64,000 bases of DNA from positions 1,504,001-1,568,000 of the forward strand of contig OZ252149.1 in NCBI GenBank assembly GCA_965248755.1. Reading direction: 5' to 3'. Position numbers and translations under genes: made by a program. Below the pieces are notes generated by a model. It worked only from the letters and a program-made list of their open reading frames with translations. It ran no database searches and was not told the DNA's origin. Each line of letters starts with the position of its first letter. The first letter of the stretch is position 1. The stretch comes from Candidatus Latescibacterota bacterium (GTDB lineage Bacteria; Latescibacterota; CBDEFO01). Below, piece after piece: positions 21,685 through 32,819 of the stretch.

Positions 21685-24600
21685 TCAGCCATTTCTACCA
21701 CAGCACTTTTTGTACTTTTTTCCGCTGCCGCAGGTACAGGGATCGTTCCTTCCCACCTTGGGACCAGCTCTGACCACCCGCTTGAGGGCCTTTTCCCTTA
21801 TGGGCGCGTCGCCCCTATGTTCTACGATCTCAGATTCATCAGGCCCCACATCATAGCCCATTCCCGTTGCGTCTTCGTGTATCAGTCTGATCCCCTCAGG
21901 AGCCCTCCTGCTTCTCATCCTCGGAACCCCGATTGAATCCATGGGGGAACTCTCCTCAATAGGTGTCCTGAACAGGAACTTCAGGGTCTCCGTGTTGATG
22001 CTATCCAAAAGATCGACGAACATATGGAACGCTTCGGTTTTGTACTCGACCAGAGGGTCTTTCTGACCGTAGGCTCTCAGGCCGATCCCCTCTTTGAGAC
22101 TATCTATCTCGTAAAGGTGCTCTCTCCATTTGTCGTCTATAATGCCCAAAAGCACCATCTTTTCTATCTGTCTTAAGCGTTCCGAACCGATTTTCTCCTC
22201 TCGCCTTCTGTAAACCTGCATCACCTCGGATTTTATTCTCTCCCTCAGGTCCTCTTGCTTGAGACCTGCCATCTCCTCTTCATCCGTGGGAAGCTCGATC
22301 AAGAAGATATTTCTCAAATCCATCTTCAATCCGTCCCAATCCCACTCTTCAGGGTAGGACCTGTTGTCTGTGTGAGCCTCCACTAAAGATTCCACCGTCT
22401 GATCTATCATCTCGACGATATGTTCCACTACGTCCTCTTTTTCTAATGCGTCCCTCCTCCTATCGTAGATCACCTCACGCTGTTGATTCATCACGTCGTC
22501 GTACTCCAGAACGTGCTTCCTCATCTCGAAGTTCCTGTTCTCCACCTTCTTCTGAGCGTTGCTGATGGATTTGGTAACTAAGGAGTGTTCTATTACCTCA
22601 TTTTCTTCGGCGCCCAATCTGTCCATAATTGAAGCTATCCTTTCAGAGCCGAAGAGCCTCATCAGGTCGTCCTCTAAGGACAGAAAGAATCTGGATGCCC
22701 CCGGATCGCCCTGTCTTCCGCTCCTGCCTCTCAGCTGTCTGTCGATCCTCCTGGCATCGTGCCTTTCTGTACCTATGATCTGAAGGCCGCACGGAACATC
22801 GGCTTCGCAGTCAGATAGCGTAAGGCCGTCGGCTGTAGGAGTAGATCCGGGGAGCCCCGAACGCACAAGACACTTGTCGCACTTTACAACCCTCAGTCCT
22901 AACTTTATATCCGTCCCTCTTCCGGCCATATTCGTGGCGATAGTAACAGCCCCCGGTTCACCCGCCTGGGCCACGATTCCAGCCTCTTTCTGATGATACT
23001 TGGCGTTCAACACGGAATGAGGTATCCCCCTTCGCCTGAGCATACGGCTTAAAGTCTCGGACACTTCCACCGAAATAGTCCCGACCAGGACCGGAAGATT
23101 GTTCTGGTGCATAGTGGCGATTTCATCTATGATAGCGTTGTACTTTTCCCTCTTGGTCCTGTATATAACGTCATCGTAATCTATCCTTCTGACTGGCTCG
23201 TTGGTCGGGATGACCGACACGTCTAATTTGTAGATGTCGAAGAACTCATTAGCCTCCGTCTCCGCTGTTCCTGTCATCCCTGCCAGCTTGTCGTAAAGTC
23301 GCCTGAAGTAGTTCTGGAGAGTAATGCTCGCTATCGTCTGGGTCTCTCTTTCTATCTTGACGTTCTCCCTTGCCTCCAGAGCCTGATGCAGACCGTCTGA
23401 AAATCTCCGTCCGGGCTGAAGCCTCCCCGTAAATTCGTCCACAATAATAACGTGTCCGTCCTGAACCACGTACTCAACGTCCCTTTCAAAGAGCGAATAT
23501 GCCCTTAAAAGCTGACTTATGTTGTGAATAGTCTCGCTTCTTAGAGCATAAGCCCTGTGAGCTTCATCCTGCTTTTGCACCTTTTCATCCTCGGACAGAG
23601 ACTCGTCGTTCTCTATCTCTTTGAGATTTTCGCTCAAGTCTGGGAGCACTAACATATCCTGTTCCTCAGGAAGGAGTGACGACCTCCCCTGATCCGTAAG
23701 GTCTATCGTATGTCCCTTTTCATCTATGCTGTAGAACAAGTCCTCATCTATCTCCCCCATCTTTTTATCTCGCATAAAGTCAGCTTCCACACGATTTATT
23801 AACTTCTTTATCCCCTCTCCCTGGATCAGCTTCATAAACCTTTTGTTTCGGGGGCTTCCCCTTTGGACCTGTAGAAGTTTGATCCCGATTTCGTACTCGT
23901 CATCGCCGTTTTTCAACATGCTCTCCGCCTCAGCCAGCAAACTGTTCACAAGCCTCGTCTGACTGTTTACAAGCTTTTGAATCAGTGGTTTAAGCTCGCT
24001 GTATCTTTGGGTCGATTCGGGAACAGGTCCCGACATAATATGAGGCGTTCTGGCTTCATCTATTAAGATGCTGTCGACTTCGTCCACGATAGCATAGTTG
24101 TAATCCTTTTGAACTATGTCCTGCGTACTGGTGGATATGTTGTCCCTTAAATAGTCGAACCCGAATTCGTTGTTATTTCCGTAGGTGATGTCAGCTAAAT
24201 AGACGGCTTCGCGTTCAGAAGGTTCGAGGGCGTAGTCCTCTCCCTTTTTGACTAAAATAAACGAATCTGGCTGCGTATAGTCCCCCTTGTCCTGAATCAC
24301 GCCCAACGTAAGACCTAAGAAATCGTAGATGGGACCCATCCACGAAGCGTCCCTTCGAGCCAGATAATCGTTGGGCGTCACAAGGTGGGCGCCCCTTCCC
24401 GAAAGGGCGTTCAGATAGAGCGGCATCGTAGCCACTAACGTCTTTCCCTCGCCTGTGGCCATCTCAGCTACCTTGCCCTGATGCAGGACGACCGCGCCTA
24501 TCAATTGCACGTCGTAGGGGACATCGTTCCAAGTTATCGTCTGGCCGCAGACGTCCCATTGCCTTCCCACGAACCTGCGACAAACTTCTTTGACAACCGC

Positions 24601-24933
24601 GAACGCCTCAGGAAGGATCTCGTCTAAAACAGCGTTCGTCTCCCTTTTTCGCTCCTCCTCCAACTCTTTGATCTGATCCATCAGAGGACCCTTCAGATCG
24701 TGATCCTCCTCCCTTTTTAACTCCTCCCTCAACTCCTCAAGCTGTGCCTCTACCTCCTGGAGTCTTTCCCCTATCCTGTCCTTAAAATCGTCGGTCTTCG
24801 CCCTCAGCTCTTCGTCAGAGAGGCCGTGATACTCCTCGTAGAAGGCATTTATCTCCTCCACAATGGGCATCATCTTCTTGGCGTCCCTTATGTGCTTACT
24901 GCCGAAAACCTTTGTAAATATCTGTCCTAACAT
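21685..24933 (-). CDS. secA: Preprotein translocase ATPase SecA
   Basis: Motifs MATGEGKT, DEVDSILIDEARTP, ATNMAGRGTDI and the C-terminal SEC-C motif GRNDPCTCGSGKKYKKCC. Confidence 0.98.
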   Translation of the reverse strand: MLGQIFTKVFGSKHIRDAKKMMPIVEEINAFYEEYHGLSDEELRAKTDDFKDRIGERLQEVEAQLEELREELKREEDHDLKGPLMDQIKELEEERKRETNAVLDEILPEAFAVVKEVCRRFVGRQWDVCGQTITWNDVPYDVQLIGAVVLHQGKVAEMATGEGKTLVATMPLYLNALSGRGAHLVTPNDYLARRDASWMGPIYDFLGLTLGVIQDKGDYTQPDSFILVKKGEDYALEPSEREAVYLADITYGNNNEFGFDYLRDNISTSTQDIVQKDYNYAIVDEVDSILIDEARTPHIMSGPVPESTQRYSELKPLIQKLVNSQTRLVNSLLAEAESMLKNGDDEYEIGIKLLQVQRGSPRNKRFMKLIQGEGIKKLINRVEADFMRDKKMGEIDEDLFYSIDEKGHTIDLTDQGRSSLLPEEQDMLVLPDLSENLKEIENDESLSEDEKVQKQDEAHRAYALRSETIHNISQLLRAYSLFERDVEYVVQDGHVIIVDEFTGRLQPGRRFSDGLHQALEARENVKIERETQTIASITLQNYFRRLYDKLAGMTGTAETEANEFFDIYKLDVSVIPTNEPVRRIDYDDVIYRTKREKYNAIIDEIATMHQNNLPVLVGTISVEVSETLSRMLRRRGIPHSVLNAKYHQKEAGIVAQAGEPGAVTIATNMAGRGTDIKLGLRVVKCDKCLVRSGLPGSTPTADGLTLSDCEADVPCGLQIIGTERHDARRIDRQLRGRSGRQGDPGASRFFLSLEDDLMRLFGSERIASIMDRLGAEENEVIEHSLVTKSISNAQKKVENRNFEMRKHVLEYDDVMNQQREVIYDRRRDALEKEDVVEHIVEMIDQTVESLVEAHTDNRSYPEEWDWDGLKMDLRNIFLIELPTDEEEMAGLKQEDLRERIKSEVMQVYRRREEKIGSERLRQIEKMVLLGIIDDKWREHLYEIDSLKEGIGLRAYGQKDPLVEYKTEAFHMFVDLLDSINTETLKFLFRTPIEESSPMDSIGVPRMRSRRAPEGIRLIHEDATGMGYDVGPDESEIVEHRGDAPIREKALKRVVRAGPKVGRNDPCTCGSGKKYKKCCGRNG

Positions 24934-24960
24934 TCTATCACCCCGCAACTTGTCAGTATA

Positions 24961-25400
24961 TTATCGAGCAACTTTTTGCAGTCCAGATTCGATGTTTAAA
25001 ACCTTAATCTCCAGATTTGAATTCAGATATTCCTTTATCTGTTCCTTATGAAAATCGCTGTCTTCAGTGGCTACGAATTTATCTCTAGTCTGGTGAGCTA
25101 CTTCAATGAATTTCAAATCATCATTGTGCAATCCCAAATCATTGATCAATTGTTCTTCATCTGTCTTAAGCAACTGCTTTCTTGTGAATATCACTCTATT
25201 GTTCCCTATCATATCTGCAAGCCATCTGCCCACGGCAGTCTTACCCTGTATATTTCTTCCGTACTAACGTCGTATTCCCCCTTTAGGATCAAGCGCAATG
25301 AAATGTTCCTTCCTTATAAAACGCAGAAAAGCTCCAGCATCAAAATGTAAGACGTCATACCAACTGTACACTCGCAGAAGGGCCCGATTTTATAGTAAGT
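24961..25400 (-). pseudogene. Degraded PIN-like protein
   Basis: The 3' part is open (HNDDLKFIEVA...VATEDSDF); the 5' part is interrupted by stops. Confidence 0.45.
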
Positions 25401-25419
25401 AGAAGGAAATCTTTTCCAA

Positions 25420-25851
25420 GCGTCAACTGATATTCTGCGATATATACACTTCTTCATATCCCATCAGTACAGCTAATTCGACAGAAATGTTCAGAGGTAA
25501 GAAACCAGTCTTTTGCATCATATCCTTCATGCTTGGCGTAGTAATGTAGTTTCGTAGCAACAAGAACAAGAATTTTGGAACATTGAGATCTAATGTTAAT
25601 GCAAAGAACATTAGAAACCAATTGGTTATAGATAGAGTCCTCGTAAGAACGTAGCTCTAAGTTCTCGTCCTAACAACAAGTGGACTTTCAATATCTCCGC
25701 TCTCCAAGGTCTGCTTCAACATCAGCAGAGGCTGGAGTATGTTGTTTTTGCCTGAGTTGTTGGTGCCTATGAATATAGTTATCGGCTTTATGTCTATGTT
25801 GCCTGTCTCCTTGAAGCACTTGAAGCTTTGCAGTCTTAAAGAGGCAAGCAT
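25420..25851 (-). pseudogene. Truncated ABC/AAA_21-type ATPase
   Basis: MLASLRLQSFKCFKETGNIDIKPITIFIGTNNSGKN (Walker A) followed by a premature stop at 25657. Confidence 0.7.
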
Positions 25852-25856
25852 CTTTA

Positions 25857-26618
25857 TTAAGTCCTTCTCATTCCAATTACGGCTTTCATCCCGCCTGTTA
25901 CGCCGTTCCCGCCTCTGTATGAATAGTACAAATCCTGATTGCACTTTGTGCAACAGTGCACGATCTCCACATCCTTGACGCCGAGGGGTCGCAACTGTGA
26001 GAAGTTGGCCTCCTGCAAGTTTAAGTGAGGTTTTTCGCCATTTGATCGCTCTAAGAATCGTGAATCGAATCTCTGGGCAATATCCTCATCCACTTCGTAG
26101 CAGCAGACGCCTATGGAAGGTCCTATCACTGCTATGATGTCAGAGGGATTTACTCCAAAAAGATCCACCATCTTACGCACAATCTTTTTAGAGATCTCCT
26201 TCTCTGACCCTCTCCATCCTGAGTGGACTGCACCGCAGACTCGCTTTACAGGATCAAAGAGGAATAGGGGGATACAATCTGCTGTACTGATAGCCAGATA
26301 TACATCCTCCCTATCCGTGATGAGAGCGTCAGTACTTCTGTACATGCCCGGAGACGTAACTACCCCTACCTGATCTTGGTGAATTTGCCGCGTCCGGGCT
26401 AACTTGTTGAAAGGTACATCGATCGCCGACGTAAATGCTTGATAATTTCTCCTGACTTTGTCTTCTGAATCTCCGGAAATAATACTCAGATTCAGAGAAT
26501 CGAAAGGTGGTGGACTGATCCCCTCTTTCCGAGTACTGAAAAGGGCGAGCAGATTCTCGTAGCGATCAAAGGTCTCAAATTTTGTGACTACAACGCTACG
26601 TAGCTTCTCAATATACAT
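25857..26618 (-). CDS. pgeF: YfiH/PgeF-family protein
   Basis: Motifs QIHQD, TADCIP, VHSGWRG, GPSIGVCCYEV, YSYR. Confidence 0.92.
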   Translation of the reverse strand: MYIEKLRSVVVTKFETFDRYENLLALFSTRKEGISPPPFDSLNLSIISGDSEDKVRRNYQAFTSAIDVPFNKLARTRQIHQDQVGVVTSPGMYRSTDALITDREDVYLAISTADCIPLFLFDPVKRVCGAVHSGWRGSEKEISKKIVRKMVDLFGVNPSDIIAVIGPSIGVCCYEVDEDIAQRFDSRFLERSNGEKPHLNLQEANFSQLRPLGVKDVEIVHCCTKCNQDLYYSYRGGNGVTGGMKAVIGMRRT

Positions 26619-26679
26619 ATGGGTCCAAGTAAAGGAAGAAACAGTCCAAATGAGATTGCTTAGTTGCACCCGATTTATC

Positions 26680-26700
26680 CCCCGGTAGATTCAATCGGGG
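26680..26700 (-). repeat. 21-bp palindromic element inserted in another hairpin
   Basis: ACCCGATTTATC[CCCCGGTAGATTCAATCGGGG]GGGT. Confidence 0.8.
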
Positions 26701-26767
26701 GGGTAAGAATGACGTTGCTTGCGCTTTTTTAGAACCTTTGAGTTCCGTCTACTCCCAAAGTGATATG

Positions 26768-27187
26768 CTATTCTTCTTTCAACAACTCTTCTTTTTTCAC
26801 AATCGCGTCCAGAATTCCGTTCACAAAGTCCCACGAGCGATCTCCGCCGAAGTCCTTTGCAAGCTCTATGGCTTCGTTAATGGATACCTTGGGCGGAATG
26901 TCGTCAAAAAATAGGATCTCCGCAAGGGCTATGTACATAATTATTCTGTCCACCTTGGAGATCCTCTTAAACTCCCAATGTTCCACTATCTCTTTGATCA
27001 GCGACTCAAAATACGCCTTATTCTGCAGCACCTCCTGACAGAGCCTAAGAGCAAAACCTCTAAGATCAGGAGTCAATTTCATCTTCTTTGCCACATCTTC
27101 CAGCGCCACTTCTATCGGATCATCCGCACTTTCGGCCCAGTATAACGACTGAAGCGCAACTTGTCGAGCCTTCCTCCTTGTGGACAT
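26768..27187 (-). CDS. nusB: Transcription antitermination factor NusB
   Basis: Motifs RRKARQVALQSLY, INEAIELAK, FVNGILD. Confidence 0.96.
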   Translation of the reverse strand: MSTRRKARQVALQSLYWAESADDPIEVALEDVAKKMKLTPDLRGFALRLCQEVLQNKAYFESLIKEIVEHWEFKRISKVDRIIMYIALAEILFFDDIPPKVSINEAIELAKDFGGDRSWDFVNGILDAIVKKEELLKEE

Positions 27188-27195
27188 ATCTTTCC

Positions 27196-27672
27196 CTAGC
27201 TTTTTCCATCGAACTGGATCATGAGATCGGCCATCTCAATCGCACTTAAAGCGGCGTCCCATCCCCTATTTCCGGACTTCAATCCCGCTCTGTCTAAGGC
27301 CTGCTCCACTGTATCTGCAGTCACGATTCCAAAGATGGTCGGAACTCCCGTTTTCAGTCCCACCTGCGCTATGCCCTTTGCCGATTCGCCCGCAACGTAG
27401 TCAAAATGCGGTGTCTGTCCCCTTAGGATAGCTCCAAGGCAGATAATGGCATCGAACTTTCCGCTCGATGCCAGCTTTTGAGCTACGATCGGAATTTCGA
27501 GTGCCCCCGGAACCCAGGCTATCTCTATACTCTCTTCATCCGCACCGTGCCGCTTCAAAGAATCTAAGGCCCCCTCCAACAGTCTTGTCGTGATTATCTC
27601 ATTGAAGCGGCTCACCACGATGGCGAAGCTCTTCCCGCCAGCCGATAGCTGACCTTCATACACCTTAGCCAT
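27196..27672 (-). CDS. ribH: 6,7-dimethyl-8-ribityllumazine synthase
   Basis: Motifs [25 protein letters not shown]. Confidence 0.96.
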   Translation of the reverse strand: MAKVYEGQLSAGGKSFAIVVSRFNEIITTRLLEGALDSLKRHGADEESIEIAWVPGALEIPIVAQKLASSGKFDAIICLGAILRGQTPHFDYVAGESAKGIAQVGLKTGVPTIFGIVTADTVEQALDRAGLKSGNRGWDAALSAIEMADLMIQFDGKS

Positions 27673-27691
27673 GACATTCCTTTCCTTTATC

Positions 27692-28903
27692 CTAATCTTT
27701 GTCGTCAAGCATATGCCCCATCTTATCCCGCTTGGTCTCTAAATATCTCTTATTAAACTTATTAGGTTTGATCTTTATCGGCACTCTTTCAACAATCTCC
27801 AGACCGTGCTCCTCCAACCCCACTCTTTTTGAAGGATTATTCGTAAGGGCTCTTAACTTAACCACGCCAAGATCAGTCAGAATCTGCGCTCCTATCCCGT
27901 AGTCTCTCATATCCGGTGGAAACCCTAATATATGATTAGCCTCAACAGTATCGTAGCCTTCATCCTGAAGCTTGTATGCCCTTATTTTACTTTCTAATCC
28001 TATTCCCCTTCCCTCCTGCCTCATATAGACTATGACTCCCCTTCCCTCCTCATGGATCATCCTCATAGATTGCTCTAACTGCTCTCCACAGTCGCATTTC
28101 AAAGAACCGAAGACGTCCCCTGTCAGGCATTGAGAGTGCATCCTCACCAAGATCGGCTCATCCTTTGAAATATCGCCTAGCGCCAACGCCACATGATGGT
28201 ATTTGTCCACATCGCTCTTATAAAGATGGAGCTTAAAGGTGCCGAACCTTGTCGGGAAGTCGTCTATCACCACCAGGCATTTGACCAGGCTCTCCGACTT
28301 TCGGCGGTATTCGATCAGGGACTGTATAGTTACTATCTTAAGATCGAACTCCTTGGACATACCGACAAGAAAGGTAAGCTTGGCCAGGTCTCCGCTTTCG
28401 TCCATTACCCCACCACACATGACTGCTACAGGCTCCAAACCCGCAAGCTGAATAAGGTCCACCGCCGCCTCAGTATGGCCTGCCCTCCTCAAGGCACCGC
28501 CCGGACGCGTCATAAGTGGGAAGACGTGTCCTGGAGATGAAAAGTCCTCCGGACGGCTATCCGGATCGGCAAACTTCCTAATCGTCATCGCCTTATCCCT
28601 GGCCGAAGCTCCCCTTGTAGTTCCTACGGCATCTATGCTCACCATAAACGCCGCTTTTGTCATAACCAAGTCCACAGGAGCCATCATCTCGAGTCCCAAT
28701 TCCTCTAATTTCTCCTTGGTCGCCGGCATGCAGATCATCCCATGACCGTGTCTGGACATAAAATTTATAGTCTGGGATGTCACCAACTGTGCTGCCATGA
28801 CCAACTCGCCGGGGCTCTCTGCATCCTCGTTATCCACAACGATCACCATCTTGCCCTGCTCTATGTCCCCTACGGTTTGCTCGACGCTGCTGAAATCCCA
28901 CAT
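27692..28903 (-). CDS. ribBA: RibBA fusion: DHBP-synthase domain (degenerate) plus GTP cyclohydrolase II
   Basis: C-terminal [28 protein letters not shown] and TNNP; N-terminal PGHVFPL and RAGHTEA. Confidence 0.93.
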   Translation of the reverse strand: MWDFSSVEQTVGDIEQGKMVIVVDNEDAESPGELVMAAQLVTSQTINFMSRHGHGMICMPATKEKLEELGLEMMAPVDLVMTKAAFMVSIDAVGTTRGASARDKAMTIRKFADPDSRPEDFSSPGHVFPLMTRPGGALRRAGHTEAAVDLIQLAGLEPVAVMCGGVMDESGDLAKLTFLVGMSKEFDLKIVTIQSLIEYRRKSESLVKCLVVIDDFPTRFGTFKLHLYKSDVDKYHHVALALGDISKDEPILVRMHSQCLTGDVFGSLKCDCGEQLEQSMRMIHEEGRGVIVYMRQEGRGIGLESKIRAYKLQDEGYDTVEANHILGFPPDMRDYGIGAQILTDLGVVKLRALTNNPSKRVGLEEHGLEIVERVPIKIKPNKFNKRYLETKRDKMGHMLDDKD

Positions 28904-28916
28904 CCTTTTTCTCCCC

Positions 28917-29558
28917 TTAAAGTCCCATTTCCTCTAACTGCTCGTACGTTACTCCCGAATCCGATTCTCCTCCAAATTCCGTTAATCTTTCCACGTACCT
29001 TGCAAGGATATCTACTTCCAGATTTACCCTGTCTCCTATCCTGCTCGTCCCCAAGGTAGTATGCTCAAGGGTAAATGGAATGACAGCCACAGTGAATCTA
29101 TCCGAAAGAGCCGACACCACAGTAAGGCTTATTCCGTCCAGGGATATCGAACCCTTAGATGCTATGTACCTTTCTAAAGTTTCGGGAAATCCTATCGTAA
29201 ATAGCAGACTTTGGCTCTGATCTTCCTCTTTAAGTATCTTCCCCACACCGTCTACGTGACCCAGGACCAGATGGCCGCCCAGACGTCCTTCGAGCCTTAA
29301 AGACCTCTCCAGATTGACCTTGTCTCCTGCCTTAAGATCGCCTAAAGTGGTCCTCTTTAGCGTCTCCTCCACGGACTCGAATACGAAAGCTCCGTCTGCT
29401 ATCTCCACGACTGTCTGACAGGCCCCATTTATGTTTACACTGTCCCCGACGTCCACATCTTCGATCGTTTTAGGTGCCCGCACCACTGTCCTTTGAAACA
29501 TCCCCTTTCTGTCCTTATGCGCTACCTCTCCCAGCTCTTCTATTATGCCTGTAAACAA
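28917..29558 (-). CDS. ribE: Riboflavin synthase
   Basis: Motifs MFTGII, VNLERS, GGHLVLGHVD. Confidence 0.96.
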   Translation of the reverse strand: MFTGIIEELGEVAHKDRKGMFQRTVVRAPKTIEDVDVGDSVNINGACQTVVEIADGAFVFESVEETLKRTTLGDLKAGDKVNLERSLRLEGRLGGHLVLGHVDGVGKILKEEDQSQSLLFTIGFPETLERYIASKGSISLDGISLTVVSALSDRFTVAVIPFTLEHTTLGTSRIGDRVNLEVDILARYVERLTEFGGESDSGVTYEQLEEMGL

Positions 29559-29745
29559 ACATCAGTCCCCTGAAATACAAGTAGACGGTAGATAGGGACA
29601 CCGCTCAGTGCCTTGAGGCTGCTTTCCTTTCTACTGGCCTCTGGGCGTCGTAGGCGCTCTGTTGGTGTGTGGAGACAACAAAAAGAACGAAGTGCCCTCG
29701 CCCCTACATTATTTTCAAGGCACACACATGGGTCTGCCCTATTGC

Positions 29746-30852
29746 CTATTGCCTTTCGCCTTTCCCTGTCCACTGTCTACTGATTTTTGCGGAGTACATA
29801 AGATCGTCTCCGATTCTCTCTATCTCCACATCCCTCAGTGCAACACAATCCGACAGATTCTCAACCTTTATGTCCCCTATAGATTCTGTTCCTTTGCCTA
29901 TGATCTTAGGAGCTACAAAGACGACGATCTTATCCACTATCCCCATTGAGAGCGCCGACGACGCCACACAAGAGCCGCCTTCTATCATAACATGGGACAT
30001 CTCTTGCTCTGCCGCTTTCCTCATCACTTCCTTTAGATCCACCTTTCCGTTCAAAGGAGGCAGAAGCCAGACATCAGCACCCCTCTTTTCCAGGCTACTT
30101 ATCCGACTTTTGTCCGCGCCGTTGCAGGCAGCAACTATAAGCGCTGCTCCCGAAAGCACTTTAGAATCCACACGGATTCTGAGGGTGCTGTCCAGAACTA
30201 TCTTTATCGGATCTTCCCCTCTTACCGATCTTGTGTTCAGAAATGGATCGTCCGCAAGCACAGTGTTGATTCCAACCAGGACAGCGTCCACCTCAGCCCT
30301 CATCCTGTGGACATGTTTTCGGGATTCTTCGGAAGTTATCCACTTGGAATCGCCTGTCTTTGTCGCTATCTTTCCATCTAAGGATTGAGCTATCTTCAGC
30401 GTCACGAATGGGAGTCCGACACTTACATATTTCAAATATACTTCATTTATCTTGATCGCTTCATCCTCAAGGACACCGCATACGACCTTTATCTGCGCCC
30501 TTTTAAGCTTTTCTATTCCTATTCCTGATACCTTGTTATACGTATCCTTCATCGAACAGACGACTCTTTCTATCCCCCTTTCGATGATCATGTCCGAGCA
30601 CGGGGGGGTCCTTCCGAAGTGAGAGCACGGCTCCAGGTTCACATAAAGATGGGCCCCTTTTGCCTCATCTCCGGCCTGATTCAAAGCTATAACTTCGGCG
30701 TGTGACTCGCCCGCTTTCCTGTGAAATCCCTCCCCTATTACGATGCCGTTTTTTACTACTACCGCCCCTACGAGCGGATTGGGATTTGCGGTTCCCCTGC
30801 CCTTTTCAGCTAAAGATAGAGTGTAAGCGATGAATTTCTCATCTTGAGTCAT
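29746..30852 (-). CDS. ribD: Riboflavin biosynthesis deaminase/reductase
   Basis: Motifs PNPLVGAV, HAE, LEPCSH...PPC, SLDGK, EGG. Confidence 0.96.
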   Translation of the reverse strand: MTQDEKFIAYTLSLAEKGRGTANPNPLVGAVVVKNGIVIGEGFHRKAGESHAEVIALNQAGDEAKGAHLYVNLEPCSHFGRTPPCSDMIIERGIERVVCSMKDTYNKVSGIGIEKLKRAQIKVVCGVLEDEAIKINEVYLKYVSVGLPFVTLKIAQSLDGKIATKTGDSKWITSEESRKHVHRMRAEVDAVLVGINTVLADDPFLNTRSVRGEDPIKIVLDSTLRIRVDSKVLSGAALIVAACNGADKSRISSLEKRGADVWLLPPLNGKVDLKEVMRKAAEQEMSHVMIEGGSCVASSALSMGIVDKIVVFVAPKIIGKGTESIGDIKVENLSDCVALRDVEIERIGDDLMYSAKISRQWTGKGERQ

Positions 30853-30908
30853 TGTCGGTCGCTTCTGGTAGGCGCTTCACCTGCGCTTCTGATACGTACT
30901 GCTGCCAC

Positions 30909-32819
30909 TCAATTATATTCCCCACCTTCCTCCACAACATATTTTCCATCTTCGCCCTTATCCTGGCGCCACTGTTCATCCTCTTGCCACCATTCTTCGT
31001 CTTCCATCTGATGCTCCTCAATATCAGATGGAAGTGTATCCTCTTGGTCAGCCGAAAGATGCATATCTTCCTTGAGACTCGATGTATCGGTAGCGACACT
31101 GTCAGCTCCTGGAACAAACAGTTCTTTGACTCCATCTGCTTTGAACTTTAACTTCCTTTGAGCTATGGAAGCGTACTCGGTTTTTGGAAACTTCTCGACC
31201 AACTGTCCGTAGAGTTGGTAAGCCGAGGCCGAATCTTTCAACACATTCTCGTAAGCCCAGGCCGCTGCGTAAGATGCCTTTGATGCATACTCGCTCTGAG
31301 GATGATTTGATATTATCTCTTCGAATTTTGATATGTAATCGTTCGGCTCCCCTTTGCCGAACAATAGAGACTCCGCCTCCAAGAATATCACCTTGGCCTT
31401 GTCACTCTTTCCATCCTCAGATTCTGAGAGCCCTAAATGTTCCTTTGCCGCCTCTGCGTACTCCGTCTTCGGATATTTTTCCAATATTTCCTCAAGTGTC
31501 TCCTTCCACACTAAAGTGTCGTTCTGCACCTCCTTTTTTATCCATCCGACGCAGTAAGCGGCCTTAGGTGCAAGATCGCTTTGGGGGAACCTTTCAGTAA
31601 CCTTGTGATACAGAGCCAGCGCTGCATCTATCTGTCCTAATCTGTACCTGTAAAGCTCCGCCATCATGAAGAGAGACCTGGCAGCACTGTCAGTAGTGTC
31701 CGCTGCACCCTTTTGGTATTCTTCCAGCTGCCCTATAACCCGGAGGCGGTTTTGCGCCAGAGTTCTTATTTCTTCGCTTCTTGCTTCCTTTTCAGCACTT
31801 TCCAAAAGCTCCACCGACTTCTCCAGATCGTTCCATTCCCTCTGATAAATAGTGGCCATTAAGTACAAAGCCTCGGCCGATTCATCCGTCTTGGTACCCT
31901 CGTCTGTAATCTTTTGGTAGAGGTTGAGAGCGCTACTCGTATCACCCAGGTTGTCGTAGCATCTTGCAATCCTAAGCAGCGTTCTGGTCTTGTATCCTCC
32001 GAATGTTTTGTCTTTAATGAATTCTTGATATATCTTTAACGCATCCTCGTACCTGCCCTGAGACTCAAAGAGTTCCCCGATCTTCAGCCTGGCTTCATAT
32101 TCTGTATTGGAGTCAGGATTTTGCTTTAAGACCATGCGAAAGGCATCTATAACTTCATTGGGTCTGTCCAGGATAATATTCACCTTGCCGATACGCTGCC
32201 ACAGTTTATCTTTAATATCGCTTTTTTTGAAGCGAGATAGAGCCTCTTTATATTCCTCCAGAGCTGCTATATAGTCCTCATTTTCGAAGTTCATTTCGCC
32301 CAGAGCAAATAAAGCGTCGTCGGCAAGCTTAAAGTCTTCCCTATTTGACGCTTTTCTGAGGAGCACCTTGGCGTCCCCATATCTTCCCGACTTCCAGTAG
32401 CACAATCCCTGCCAGTATTGAGCCTCCTGTGCGAACTTGCTATCTGGGAAATTTACCTGAAGTTCTTCAAACTTACGCGCCCCCTTTAAGTATTCTGATT
32501 GAAAGTAGAATGACTTGCCAAGGAGCATCAGGCTATCGTCCACCCACTTGCTGTTTGGGTAGAACTCTAAGACTGCAGACGCCTTTCTTACGACCTCTTC
32601 GTACGCCTTACGATAAGACCTTCTCAGATTCTGTTTATCCCTATCTGAAAGTGCTTCCTTTTCCACCTTTTTGCGGTTCTTTTCTGCTTGGTTAAAGAGC
32701 CTTTTCGCGTTGTAGAAGGTGTTAAAATATGCGCAACCCCAGGTGGATAGAAGGACGGTACATACTAAAAAAAGCTCCCCCCACGTTAAATATCCAAAGC
32801 TACGAGTTCTGCTCGCCAT
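30909..32819 (-). CDS. TPR-repeat lipoprotein (BamD/CpoB-like repeats)
   Basis: Lipobox-like WGC followed by AYFNTFYNA, many TPR repeats and an acidic tail. Confidence 0.8.
   Translation of the reverse strand: MASRTRSFGYLTWGELFLVCTVLLSTWGCAYFNTFYNAKRLFNQAEKNRKKVEKEALSDRDKQNLRRSYRKAYEEVVRKASAVLEFYPNSKWVDDSLMLLGKSFYFQSEYLKGARKFEELQVNFPDSKFAQEAQYWQGLCYWKSGRYGDAKVLLRKASNREDFKLADDALFALGEMNFENEDYIAALEEYKEALSRFKKSDIKDKLWQRIGKVNIILDRPNEVIDAFRMVLKQNPDSNTEYEARLKIGELFESQGRYEDALKIYQEFIKDKTFGGYKTRTLLRIARCYDNLGDTSSALNLYQKITDEGTKTDESAEALYLMATIYQREWNDLEKSVELLESAEKEARSEEIRTLAQNRLRVIGQLEEYQKGAADTTDSAARSLFMMAELYRYRLGQIDAALALYHKVTERFPQSDLAPKAAYCVGWIKKEVQNDTLVWKETLEEILEKYPKTEYAEAAKEHLGLSESEDGKSDKAKVIFLEAESLLFGKGEPNDYISKFEEIISNHPQSEYASKASYAAAWAYENVLKDSASAYQLYGQLVEKFPKTEYASIAQRKLKFKADGVKELFVPGADSVATDTSSLKEDMHLSADQEDTLPSDIEEHQMEDEEWWQEDEQWRQDKGEDGKYVVEEGGEYN

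Noticed and set aside
29874..29894. Further hairpin copy in ribD (TESIG)
   Set aside because: Only one half matches, which is compatible with ordinary coding sequence.
30852..30910. FMN riboswitch ahead of the rib genes
   Set aside because: The gap is under 60 bp and has no RFN motifs; the genes sit inside a longer operon.
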